DNA of 64,000 nucleotides from Macrostomum lignano (Eukaryota), in assembly GCA_002269645.1 (NCBI GenBank), contig NIVC01000221.1:186001-250000 (forward strand). The letters are read 5' to 3'. The translations under genes were made by a program, and so were the position numbers. Positions 36,914 through 49,378 of this stretch are shown here, piece by piece. The notes under the pieces are model-generated. The model had not been told where the DNA came from, ran no database searches, and worked only from the letters and a program-made list of their open reading frames with translations. Position 1 is the stretch's first letter. Every line of letters starts with the position of its first letter.

Positions 36914-38863
36914 ATATAAACCATAGATAACGCAACTTTCCGGTACATTTTTTCAAGTCGCGGGATGTTACATGACTTGATAATCTTAGTTTTTCCGGGA
37001 TTTTATTTGTCGGTATATTTTTTCAGTCAGTTGATTCTGACCATAGACACTAAACATGCAATATGATAAAAAATTGAATTTAACAGATCATTGCAATGGT
37101 CAAAACAGTTTTCACCAGTATGTTCGCATATTATTTCAGTTTGTTACGTACAGCTAACGATTTATAGCAATCCATCAGGTCGACTACAGGTACCCATCGT
37201 ACAAATGTTTTGAACAACGGAACACTTGTTGAATACGAAGCTGTGGCCACCACTTCCAGATGCACCAGATGAGGTCGTGGCTTCTTGAATCGGCCTGCCA
37301 TCGACCACCAGACTAGACGACTTGATTAGGTTCGTAGATGTTCGCTTGTACGCACGTACGCCGTCGACACTGCGATGGCCCGTACGCTCCATTATAAGCT
37401 GCTCGTCCACACCAGCTTGAAAGAGACGCGTCGCACATGTTGCCCTCAGGCAGTGGTTTGTCAGCTTGGGCACGCCAGCATCCTCGGTGATCGTAGCCAT
37501 CATTTTGCACATGTAGTTTTTGCCAATCGGTCTGTTACAATACCACGCCGCACCGCTATCCCACTTTTTGGCCGATTGGAGGTAGAATCGTGTAGCGTCT
37601 GGGGGACGCACCTTTAGATAAGTCTTGAACGCTTGTAGATGACAGACGGATCTAGCGTGAGAAGGGACGTACAACCGCTCCACTTGTTTGCGACGTTTGT
37701 CATTCAAGCCGCCATGGTAGGTCTTTGATGAGGCTTCTCGGTAAATAAGACACTCTTCGTTGTCGCGTATTTCAATTGTTATCTGGGAAAGCATCAGATT
37801 CGAATGCTCCTCACCTCCACGTAGAGCAAAGTGGAGTCCATTGAGAAAAAAGAGCGTCTTGGTCAGCTGATCAGGATTATCCAAGCCGAGGACTCCAGAC
37901 TGCCATATTTTTTCTTCGTCAGAAACACTTAAAATCCCAGCTGGCTTACTGTTGAGTGAAGTACCAGCGGCGGTTGACAGTTTCATGGCAGCGTCCAACG
38001 AGTCCCTGAATGGCCGTAGTTCCATTGACTTGAACAGATCTACTGTCGGCTGGACCTCTCGAATGGCCGAATTAAGTCCAGCGGCTATCGATACTTATGA
38101 CCCTCTAGGATAACGCTCGCCGTTGACCTTTCGCACCTCGTGGATGAAGCGACCGAGAATCGTATTGATTTCCTCACAGCTGAACTCGGTGATGGGCTTC
38201 ATGCCGATCTCACTGACACGAGAGCTCACCCATGCCTGGAAAATTCGCAGGGCCCAGTTGTTCCGATTGATTGTGCCCTTTGGACGGACAGACTCGTTCA
38301 GCGCGGCAACACTGTCGACTATAGCAAAACGACCGCCACCATCCAACAGTGGTGTCTCAAACGTCTCTATCTCGTATAAATCTTCCAACTCCACTTCTTC
38401 TTCATATCTTTTCATCTCAGTCGCCAGCCACTGATGATCTTGAAAATCTCCACCAGCGCGTGACTTTACGAAATCGAGCGGTAGGACGTTTGGATCGAAG
38501 TTGCCAATAAAATCTTTTGAATAGTCGACGAGTGGATTAAGAATTCGACGCATCGAAAAGCCTTTCGATAGACTCTGTAATAAATGAATGAACTGTCGAA
38601 ACTTAAATGAAAGTCAGACCTGATCTCCCGACGTGTAGCTTTTAAGAACACACATCACTTTAGACCATAGACAATTAATTATAAGTGTTTGTTTACGTGG
38701 GGGCTCTGCCCCCACACCCCGCGGGGGCTCATCGCCCCCTCGACCCCACCTCTCAGTTAGTAGGCATTTTGGCCATAGACACTTCTTTTTTGTATTTGCA
38801 GGATTATATTATAACTCCGGGGTATTATCTAATATTATCCCGGAGTTTATCTATGGTTTATAT
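36914..38863 (-). mobile_element. Crypton-like tyrosine-recombinase DNA transposon
   Basis: YR ORF bracketed by a perfect 17-bp inverted repeat ATATAAACCATAGATAA (36914-36930 / 38847-38863). The region is absent from the paralogous segment at 58619-58826. Confidence 0.8.
37162..38553 (-). pseudogene. Tyrosine recombinase (Crypton / DUF3504 type, KCTD1-ZMYM-like), ~463 codons with one premature stop
   Basis: The two listed ORFs are in one frame, separated only by TAA at 38095-38097 (EVRKVNGERYPRGS*VSIAAGL...FRDSLDAAMK). Catalytic motifs LRGGEEH, NHCLRAT, TGHRS and VRAYKR are intact. Confidence 0.9.
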
Positions 38864-38869
38864 GAGATA

Positions 38870-38969
38870 AAACATGCCTTTTGAGGGAGTTATTTTCATA
38901 AATCCCTCGGGCCTTGAGGGCCTTCGGCCCTCGTGATTTATATAAATAACTCCCTCAAAAGGCATGTTT
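38870..38969. other. 100-bp palindromic hairpin with 26-bp perfect stem and internal GAA-triloop arm
   Basis: aaacatgccttttgagggagttattt (38870-38895) pairs with 38944-38969. Inner ataaatc/gatttat stem and a gagggcc-ttc-ggccctc hairpin. Confidence 0.85.
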
Positions 38970-39059
38970 AATCTGATTCATAAATATACGCGCAAAGCAG
39001 CGCAAAATCTTCGCTGCCATTCCATCTATTGAAACAAAAAGGCCTTCCGCCTCAATACG

Positions 39060-39597
39060 GCCTAATGATGCCTAATGACGCATCGTCATTAACGATGCCT
39101 AATGATGCCTAATGACGCATCGTCATTAACGATGCCTAATGATGCCTAATGACGCATCGTCATTAACGATGCCTAATGATGCCTAATGACGCATCGTCAT
39201 TAACGATGCCTAATGATGCCTAATGACGCATCGTCATTAACGATGCCTAATGATGCCTAATGACGCATCGTCATTAACGATGCCTAATGATGCCTAATGA
39301 CGCATCGTCATTAACGATGCCTAATGATGCCTAATGACGCATCATCATTAACGATGCCTAATGATGCCTAATGATGCATCGTCATTAACGATGCCTAATG
39401 ATGCCTAATGACGCATCGTCATTAACGATGCCTAATGATGCCTAATGACGCATCGTCATTAACGATGCCTAATGATGCCTAATGACGCATCATCATTAAC
39501 GATGCCTAATGATGCCTAATGACGCATCGTCATTAACGATGCCTAATGATGCCTAATGATGCATCGTCATTAACGATGCCTAATGATGCCTAATGAC
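39060..39597. repeat. 37-bp minisatellite CCTAATGATGCCTAATGACGCATCGTCATTAACGATG (~14.5 copies)
   Basis: Near-perfect 37-bp period. The unit contains the hairpin AATGACG-cat-CGTCATT. Confidence 0.95.
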
Positions 39598-39724
39598 TAT
39601 CGCGGATCGGCAAACCCCGCCCGACGTGCAACATGCGGCCAGCGCAGCCTCTCTATTCAGCCCTCCGGTCCTTTAAAACTTCACAACGGCAATTTCGGCC
39701 TGCTCAATACTTATGTCGCTAGTC

Positions 39725-39990
39725 AACTCTTTATCCCCTCTTCTTTCCCCTCTCTTCCCTCCTATTTTCTCCTCTTTCCCCTTCCTCTCCCCTCTGTCGG
39801 CCTCTAACATTTTTCCCTCTCCTCTCTTCCCTCTCTCCGCTTCTTTCCCCTCTTCCCCTCCTCTCCCGTCTTTCCCCTCCTCTTGCCTTTCCCCTCTTCA
39901 CTACCTTCTCTTTCTTATCTTTTCTGTCATCCCATCTCTCGACTCTCATCTCTTGTCTCATCTCTCATTTTCCATTCCTCTCCTCTGCAC
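39725..39990. repeat. CT-rich low-complexity tract (paralog at 58975-59225)
   Basis: Pyrimidine-rich and alignable with 58975-59225. Confidence 0.8.
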
Positions 39991-40348
39991 TTTCATTTGG
40001 CACGAAGTGATGAGCTGGATTGTTTTAAGTGACTGGTGAATTTTCTCATAAAAAGCCTAGACGAAAACGTTTTCACGGCTCAAACGTTTTTCCCCACTCC
40101 TTTGTAATTCTAGTTGCTAGGGCGAATGTCATCTTTTGGCCCGACATCCTACTCATGCTGCTTGACGAGCGCACAACTCTTGAGGTCAACTCTTTTCAGA
40201 GCTGCTGTTGAACTTGTAAATCAAACACGTTCTACCCCGATAATTGGCATCGCAGAGTTTAATTTCACCAAAATACGACTGACGTAATATATTTGCGTTA
40301 GAATGTTGTTCTGAACTGTGAGATTAGTCTGGAGTTCTAGCCTAGTGA

Positions 40349-40670
40349 GGGGGTTGTAGCCTTAGTGGCTAAATTGTCAGACTCACGACAGAAAGGTCGG
40401 GAGTTCGATTCTCGGCCCGCTCAGAAACATCTGTGTCCTTGAGCAAGACACTTAACTCTACATTGTTTCAGTTCACCCAGCGGTAAAATGGGTGCCAGCA
40501 TTAGCTGGGGTAAATGAGGCTGTGTGTGGTGACCCCCCAGTCCTTGGACTGAACAGCCGTACGCAGCCTTCAAATGCGCCGCGCAATAGCTGCGGCTGAG
40601 CTGTCGTTTGAAAATCTGGCCATTAAAGCGGGTGTAATTAATTAATTATTAATATTATTGTTATTATTAT
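40349..40670 (+). mobile_element. tRNA-derived SINE with CORE-like central domain
   Basis: Head gggggttgtagccttagtggctaa...gggagttcgattctc (A/B boxes), then tgtgtccttgagcaagacacttaact...gtaaaatggg resembling the CORE domain, ending in an (ATT)n-type tail. Confidence 0.8.
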
Positions 40671-42249
40671 GACTATTACTACTTATTTACTATTATAATA
40701 ATTATTATTATTAGGTGGCAGTAACTTAAGTCGTTGTTTCGGTTGCCGTTTGAGTAGTTCCTGCTATAAGCTGAACAGATAACTTTATGTGTAAGAATAG
40801 CATAGAATAGAATAGAATAGTAAGAATAGAATAAGAATACGGATGCAACAATTACATCACACTGCACCTTGCTAGCTATCAAAGAATGATGCCTGCTACC
40901 TCACCTTTTGTTCTGACGCGCGCACGCTTGACAGACACTCAATTCTTGAGGAAATCTTATGAAAAACAACTGCTGTTGAACTTGTAAATGAAGCGAAATT
41001 CATCCTCTTATCTACACAACACGGAGAAACTGATGCGAAGGCAGTTAAGCCGACCAGTTAAGAAAATAACATCATTTGCTTTTTTGTCTACTTACAAGTA
41101 GCGGTTATAAAAGTTTTAGAATAAGTCAAAATAGGAGTACTATTTTGTTAGACTTTAGATTAAATACATGTACGACTATTTAGCTTTGTGTGGCCTTGCG
41201 CTTTAGTAGCGACTCCAAAAGATACATGAAGCTCGATCTTCAGAATCGAGAAACTGGTAATCTGCTTGCAGCCTTGTCGGGGTTGCTGTCAATTTTGTTA
41301 AAAATGCTGGTTTGTACTCTAAAGAGGAACGGCGACTGTGTCCATAAATTTTGACTGCTAGAAGCATTTGACACTGATCAAGTACATGTAAATTACCATG
41401 CTTTAAAGCCAGATCCAGTAATCGTGCAGCTACGAGCGCAGTTGAAGAGAGCCACGGGCCCGATGTGTCAACTGATGACAGCCCGATGGTGATTGTATCT
41501 CAGGAGTTTGTTCAAAAGCAGTCTGGTGAAAGAGAGAGAAGGAAAAGAGATTTGTTTAGGTGCCGATAGAGTGAAACGAGCTCTTGTCAGCATGAGAGGC
41601 TCAAGTACAAATTTTGTGGTTCTCAATAAACTATCCCTCCTGATTTAACCTTAACGTTATCCACAACGCAGAGTAGATAGACAGACATCTGGGAATATAG
41701 ATATCAGATACCGTAAGAGACCCGGCCAGAGCTGTGACTAAACTTTCTGACAGCAGTAGAATCAGTCAACGTTAACGTTATCTTAAAATAACGCTGGTAA
41801 AAATCATTCAGTCAATAGAATGAATTCACTGATATCTGAATTTGCAACCATTGAAGTTCAGGAAACTGGGAGGCTGGCTTTCTGATTGGTGACAGTGAAT
41901 TTATGGAGCGGAAACCGAAGGCAACTTACGAGCTACTCTCATTTCATGCCTGAAATGAAAAATAAAAAATGCTTTTAACAGACGATCTTTTTAGTCTCTG
42001 CCTGGCCCTTTTTGCCCAGCGTCGTTGACAGGTGATTCCGTTTTTTATGCTGGCTGTTTGAAAGCTCGTGTATCGAGCTTCTTGGTTACTGAGAGTTCAA
42101 ACGAACAGCATGTACTTAAAGTAGCATATCAGTTATCTACACGGATCGTAGCTCAAAGTGCAGTGATAATCTACAAATAACCAATCAGATTAGCCCACTG
42201 CAAAATTATATGAAGTGTGCAAAGTCCTCAAGTGATCGATCAGGAGCAT

Positions 42250-42439
42250 CGCCTCGCGACGGATCCAGTGGACCTGCCCTGCCAAAATCGATGTCACCTG
42301 TGTGATGCTGTGCGAGGCCGCAGCCGACTACCAGGCTGTGATTTTCTATGGCCAGCAGCGCCTGTACCACCTTCTGAGGTTCGCCTACCCGCTTGCCAAC
42401 CTGAGCAGCATCGACGGGGTGTACTTTGTTCGTGGCTGA
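42250..42439 (+). pseudogene. Orphan PAN-like exon fragment of the class-2 WSC gene (WSC exon deleted)
   Basis: TCVMLCEAAADYQAVIFYGQQRLYHLLRFAYP...GVYFVRG* aligns with 63370-63551. The upstream flank joins directly to the pre-ATG sequence. Confidence 0.75.
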
Positions 42440-45127
42440 AACTTGAAATGAGAAGATCGATTTATTTAGTAGAAAATAAGACGAAAATTAAAATCCTACA
42501 AATGTGCATGCTTCGGTAATTCCTCAACAAAACATACTTAGCAACAGCTAATCCCCCCATTAACTCACGCTGGCACACGGCTTAAGAGTTTTGCACGCCA
42601 TCGGGGTAAACCAATAGTACAGCCATCAAGCATGTCTGGGACTTAGTAATGCGAAGACGTCAGTAGGGTGCCCAGCAGAATGCTGAACAGATTTGCGTCT
42701 GCCGGTTCTGAATGCCCGGCAGCAGTTGTCTCAAGCGTTCATCAATGGGCTGGTGAATCAGCTGATGCCACGACGAGTGACGGCACTTTTGCGTGCTCGT
42801 GCATGGTTCCTGGACACGCTACTGAAACTGGAATTAAAGACACTGCCGCGTGTGACAGAGTCAGTTTTGGGGGCGGGCGATTAGCTGTTTTTGAGTGTGT
42901 TAACCCGACAGCTAAACATTGTTAAATTTTTGTTTCCTATAAGTCCTGAACTTGTTGTTTTCCATGTTCAACTGGTCTTAGAAATATTTTCTGATACGAT
43001 CCGTATCTTTGAGAGGTTCTTCTCAGAAATATACCCGATCGATGAAAACGTTACCGTGACAAGAGTCGTATTACGAGCTAGAACCGTTTTAGTGATTCAA
43101 ATACGCGTCAAGTGATTCAAGTACGCTTCAAGTGATTCAGAAACGATTCTTGTGATTTTAAAACGCTTCAGGGGTGGGTGAGTGAGTCGCACAAATTTTT
43201 CTGATGGCTAGAATCGTTTCTGAATCGTTTCTGAAGCGCGTATCTGATGCATTTCAATTTTTTTGCAAGTTTCTGCAACGTGTTAGAATGAAAGTATATA
43301 TATATGCTTCCTGCTGCTGCTGCACATGCAGTATTTTAATGTCTTACAGAACCGCCACCAATTTGTATTTCAGAGCTGCATGGAGAGGCGACAATGTTGC
43401 GATTGTGCATATTGGACCCGTGAAACTGGGTGCAATGTTTCTTTACCTCTACTGAATTCCGCTGTAGCTGATCAAGCTGTGTGGCGAAATGACGACTAGT
43501 CTGACGGGCGGGCTTGTCTTGTAACATGCCTCGTGACAAGTGACTCTGTCTTTTTGTTGCTTCAATTGCTTCAATCTGTTGCTTCAATCTGTCATGTACA
43601 GTCATATTTTGAGCTTGTTATTTGTGCAATGGTAGCTCTCAATTTTAGCTAATGCAAAGTAAAGTAGTTTTAATAGTGTTTTTATGAGTAACGTCGTACG
43701 TTTTATGCTGCAGTTTGGACTCCGTGCGGCAAGTAACTACTGTGAATTTAAATTTACAGTGCGACATTATATTGGCACCGTTGTACTTCTGTTCAATAAA
43801 GAAGTTTCGAGGATATAATGTACGGCTAATTAGATACCATAAAGATTTGTCCAGTAGAGTGCCAGCTTAAAGCACGTACTGTATAAAAAATTCCACCTTT
43901 TTTAATTCATTTTTTACAAATTTTCTGCAAGCACAACAACTGGAGTGAGTGGGTGACGCAACGATACATGTCATGAAAATGATGTGTGTTAAATGTAGGG
44001 TTCAATGAGAAGTAAATTTATATGAAATTGTGCCGCTTCATGCTCATCTCTCGGACAAATCTAGCAGCATTGATTGTTCTATGAGAAAAAGCAACGCAAT
44101 CGTGCAGCGCTATCGATACGTTAAGAGACCGATACAATGTGCTTTATTTACGCAAAATATTTCTGCTTTTATTTAGCAAAAGTGACTAGGCAATTTGAGT
44201 TTTGCTAAGTATTCTTTCTCGAGACAACCGTGAAATGTAAGCTTAACAGTTAAGGGAAATCCGGAATGCATTTAAATAAATTTTGTTCTAACAATTGGCC
44301 AGATGGAAGAACATAGCTACGGGCAGTGAGAAAAAATAATAGATTTACCCGCTTCAGAATCTAATTTATTCCTGATAAAATCGCATTTAGAAAATTCATC
44401 GCTTTGAATATACTTGTGCGTTCGTTCATGTGGTTTTGTGGCGATTGTATAAAATCTGCTGTGCAATGCGCTTTTAACGTTGGCACTCATTTAACTACGT
44501 AGTTATTAAACAGCTCTTTTCATTTATTCTTTAAAAGCATAAATTATGACAAAAAATTACAGATACATGCTTAGTATTTTAGTTAAACCCGAACAAACTG
44601 AACTATTTTTGTTTCTAATACGGTAATGTACTGTATTGCAATGTAAACTTACTTAATTTGTCAGGTGAACTGGAATTCAGCATACGATATATAAATGGGC
44701 CTATGAAGGTGTTTTTATATTTCATCTTTTAGAAGAAAGAGGTGCTTTATGATAACTGATCTAATAATGATACGATACTGATAATTCTGACAATGATAAT
44801 GTTACTGGTACTGAATGGTACTGCATAATAAAATAGTAATATCACATTGTATTCTGACTAACTTATATTCAGTTTATAGAGGGTGAAGATGATAGATAAA
44901 AATTCTAATTTCTTAAAATCCCATCAAATTATGCAAGTTATAAAAGTATACACATTATAAAAATTAGAGTTCACAATAAAATGTTAAAACTCATTTCAAC
45001 ATTGCAATATTCAATTGTATAAAATTTGGCTATACTGCTGCACTGTACTGCAATGTAGACTGACTTTATTTGTTGAGTGAACTGGAATGCTGCATAAAAT
45101 TTGTAAATAGGCCAATGAAAGTAGGCC

Positions 45128-46451
45128 CTACAAAACTGAACACAAAACAACTGGAACCATGAAAACACTGTTAGATTGCTTAACATGATTCTGTCGCTCA
45201 ACATATTCACCACCAATGTCTTTGCACTTCTGCCAGCGATTTACCAGGCCTCTGATTCCAGAACTCACACCACTCGCGACCGTTTGGCTTGATTGCATGC
45301 AGCTTCGATGTGCTCGACGCTGTCGAATCGAATGCCCCGAAGGTGCCTCTTCACAGATGGAAATAAGAAGAAGTCGCACGGCGATAAATCAGGCGAATAG
45401 GGTGAATGTTGGAGCACTTCCCAGCCCCATTTGCTCAGGAGTTCCACGACGTTGTGCTTGCGATGTGCTGGCGCATTTTCGTGCAGCAGGATCACACCAG
45501 ATTCCAGCAGATCAGGGCGCTTCTTTCGTATTGCTGGGTGCAACTTCTCCTGCAGAATCCACTTGTAGTAGTCCCCATTGACGGTGGTTCCTTGTGAGAC
45601 TGCCCAGTTCAGCAAGATTCCTTGGGAATAAAAAAACATGACGTGCATGATCTTCATCGCGCCCTGCTTCCTGATGGCCTTCTGAGGTCTTGGAGAATGT
45701 GCTGGAAGCCATTCGGCAGACTGGGCCTTTGTCTCAGGATCCCAGCTGTAAACCCACGTCTCGTCTCCAGCAACAATTCTTGATAGAAAATCCTCCCCTT
45801 CTCGATGGAACCGACGCAGGTGGCTGCTTGAAGCCACAGTTCGCTGCATCTTTTGCTCACCTGTCAGCAGGTGTGGCACCCACTTGCAGAACTTTTTCTG
45901 CAGCTGAAGACGCTCCGTCAGAATGGTGTGGACGCTTCCTACTGACACACCAACGTCTTCTGCCAACTCTTCGCAAGTCCGTCGCCGATCATCATCCAGG
46001 AGCTCTTGCACTTTCTTCACAACAGTCTCGTTGGTTGCAGTCACGCCAGATCGAAAATGGTCTGGAATGCCATAGGCCTTCCAGAGCGATCATTGTCCTC
46101 CCTCAGCGAACAGCCGGTACCATTTTCGAACTGTCTGCTCAGTTGGTGCACAGTTGCCAAGCACTTGCTGAAGCTCCCTAAACATATCCGGTGGCTTTTT
46201 CCCTGCAGAAACTGAAACTTCATCAAGCTTCAAACGTCAGGCTTTGAAAATGATTCAGCCATGGCCAAGAAATTGAGTGGTAGCTGATAGAAATGTTCGC
46301 TGCTCTAACATAGTTGCAAACTGAGGCTTAAAACCCTAGGAACGGTTAGGCCATAGACATAACTTAGTTAAATTGCTAAAATTCTGTTTACAATCGCTTT
46401 CTAAAAATAAATGCCAAAGGACCGAAAAGAACTTTTTGAATACACCTCGTA
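45128..46451 (-). mobile_element. Mariner (Tc1/mariner, D,D34D type) transposon, degenerate
   Basis: Transposase fragments KWVPHLL, AGDETWVY, LLHENAPAH (catalytic D to E), YSPDLSPCDFFLFP, LVNRWQKC..GGEYVE, with frameshifts. The 5' TIR reads TACGAGGTGTATTCAAAAAGT on the minus strand (46430-46451). The 3' TIR was not found. Confidence 0.9.
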
Positions 46452-46994
46452 TGAAACAATATAGACAAATGTAATTTAAGATGGAGATGGTGATAGATGA
46501 TAGATAATCATTGGTGGAGATGATAGATAAAACAAAAAACTAAAATTAATTAAAATCACACTAAATTTCACAATGAAGTTTACACAATGAAATGTTGAAA
46601 CTTTTCAGATCACAACAGCAGTTGCTAACTTAAATGTAGAAATGGTATCAGATTAGGTCCTAAATCCTGACACTTTTTGCACTATAGGCCAGCTTTCGTT
46701 TTTTTACGCCAGATTATTTTACTTCTCTAATTAAAGAAATTGAAAATTTTGCCATGTGTATTTATTCTTTTTTTCCACTGCCTGAATTAGCTATAGAAAC
46801 CACAGTCAAATCGCCGAGTTCGGCTTTGCCACTAGGATATGTTAAGATACTTATTCCTCGTCGCATACTTATTTTACTAGTAGTCTAAAGATGCAGCAGC
46901 ACAGACAGGAATACGAATGAAATTGTAGGAATGAGTCACATTTGAGGTTGACAAATATATATGGAATTGCGCATAACAAAACATACAGTCACAT

Positions 46995-48790
46995 GTGGCA
47001 CCGTACACGCAGTATTTGTTTAAACTGATGTTTCAGTTGAACATATATCAGGCAGGTCAACTCCGTAGGAAGGAGTATAGGCGGCGCGAGCGTGCACCGG
47101 CAGATTCCGACCCGACTGGGAGGCTTCGCCGAGGCGATGCTCTTCGGCAAAAAAGGAGGCGTGACCGCATGCGTCAGGAGTGTCTAATGACGGCTGCAGC
47201 TCAGCCGGCAGCCGAGGCAGGTCCATTAATGTCAATGGATCTTGATGATGACAGCGAATGGCATGAGGCTGAGGTTGAGGCTGAGACTGACGCTGAGGTT
47301 GAGGCTGAGACTGACGCTGAGGTTGAGGCTGAGACTGACGCTGAGGTTGAGGCTGAGACTGACGCTGAGGTTGAGGCTGAGACTGACGCTGAGGTTGAGG
47401 CTGAGACTGACGCTGAGGTTGAGGCTGAGACTGACGCTGAGGTTGAGGCTGAGACTGACGCTGAGGTTGAGGCTGAGACTGACGCTGAGGTTGAGGCTGA
47501 GACTGACGCTGAGGTTGAGGCTGAGACTGACGCTGAGGCTGATCATGATACTGATGCTGCCGCATTTTTTACCCCGCCCAGCAGCAGCAGTAGCAGTGTC
47601 TCGGACGACGATGAGCCATCTGTTGACGCCAGGTTGCTGGAACCTGTCTGTCCTGGAAGTCGCCATACGCATGGGAGTTTCGCTGTGGCGATGCAGCAGC
47701 TGGTGATGCGACACGGTCTGACTGGTGCAGTCGTTCGGGATGCACTCCGCTTAATTGAGGACACATTGCCCGCAGGTGCGTCCATTCCTGTGTCTCCACA
47801 TCGTTTACAATGTGCACTGAAGGTGGATCGACGCGCTGGCAGGAGAACGCACTTCTGTGCTGGCTGCCTGTCCATTGTTAAAGAAGGAGACGCCGTCTGT
47901 GGTAATTGCACAGCTGCGCTGTCCACCGAGAGTCGCTGCACATACTGGAAGGCCGATGTGGCAAAGCAGCTGCGACTGCTCGTTGAGGCGGATGGCCTGC
48001 TTCAGCGGGTTACCTTCCCGGTAGACCATCAAGCCGAGCCTGGAGTACTCAGTTTGTCCACGTCGAAGGGATACGATCAGTTTAAGCAGAGGATCTGTCT
48101 CGATGCCAGCCAGGACTTATCCTACACACTTTGCATCGATGCCTTTCCTGTAAGCGACATTTTACGACTGATTCTTACATTCAATATTGCAGTACATTTA
48201 CTAACATACTTTATCGTTTGACAGGCTCTCCGATACGCTCGGATGGACATTTGTCCTGTGTACCTCAGTGTCACTGAGCTGCCGGATCGCCTTAAGGGCA
48301 ACAGCGTGGTCACCTGCGGCTTCTGGTGCGGTCGGCAGAAGCTTCACTCAGTGGCCTACCTACCCATTGTTGTCAAGCAGCTGAACAAACTGAGTAGCGA
48401 GGGGTGACCTGCAGAAGAGGATTTGGCAATGATGGTACTCAGGTATATCGGGTCTCGCGTCAGCTGTTTCCACCGCTGTGACTTTCGACTTTGTTCACTG
48501 ATACATGGCACACTTTACATCATGTATCCAAATTAATTCTTCTAGACAGGTGCCGTTCGTTTCCATCCGCTTCTGTTTCTAATGGACGCACCTCAGCAGG
48601 CCGAGACCATGGGAATAATGCGCTTCAATGCAGTCCACGGCTGTGACAAATGCTATGCCAGGTCTGTTCCTGTTGGACAGGGGCAGGCCCGCATATTTTC
48701 ACCAGATGTGGCTGCCGAGGATTTGGCCTTGGCTGCTGAGTATGGCTGCGAGCAGCCGGACTACCGGACTATCCAGGACACTGTGCACTG
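46995..48790 (+). pseudogene. CACTA/EnSpm-like transposase, intron-containing, C-terminally truncated
   Basis: CxxC..CxxC zinc motif (FCAGC...CGNC) and LCIDAFP|intron|...CPVYLSVTELP...GFWCGRQK...KQLNKLSSEG|intron|...MDAPQQA...GCDKCY, following the Transposase_21-type motif order. The reading degenerates after about 48780. Confidence 0.75.
47271..47534. repeat. In-frame 24-bp repeat (EVEAETDA x11) in the transposase N-terminus
   Basis: gaggttgaggctgagactgacgct repeated exactly 11 times. Confidence 0.95.
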
Positions 48791-49378
48791 CTGCTGCTGC
48801 CGCTGCTGCTAGTAGGCAGGCTGCCCCAGACATCACTGCTGGAAAGCGGGTTGGCGCTGCTGCCGCTGCTCCTAATAGGCAGGCTACCGCCACAGCTACT
48901 GCTTCCATGCAAGCCATTCCAGTCGGGACAGGTGCGTCTCAATTGAATGCTCAGGTTCATTGACACATAGTCACAAGCCAAGCTACTTACATCCTGAGGT
49001 TGACCCATCCTACCTCACAGACTTTCAGACAAAGTCGCCCGTACTCAGTCAAAATACTCCGGCTGACCTACCCGCCTACCTCGCCGCAGCCGCGAACACC
49101 ATTACAGGCGCTGCCGCAGCTACTGGTACGTCCATGTGGGTGGTTTACTTCATTGAGTCCGGAAACTGCAGGGCAATGAGCAGCAGCTGCTTCTTAGGGC
49201 AACCTCCAGCAAGCGGGTTTCACTAGTGGTGTCACGTTTTGCTGCACTGGGCTAAGAAGCCGAATCCAGGAAGCAATGTGCACAGGACTGTCTTGTTATG
49301 AGGCCAGCAACTAAAGGGGAAGCACGAGTTCGGTAACAAATGTTCCGAAGTCTGCCAACGTAAAATCCCGCATTTTCA

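Larger units (their letters stand above)
34170..42866 (+). repeat. Segmental duplication copy A (paralogous to about 56440-64000)
   Basis: Collinear blocks: 34170-36547 with 56440-58619; 39050-40240 with 58826-59455; 41408-42866 with 61910-64000. Homology extends upstream (22170-24300 with 54075-56150). Confidence 0.9.

Noticed and set aside
43336-43605. Minus-strand 89-aa ORF with a possible splice donor
   Set aside because: No recognisable domain or partner exons.
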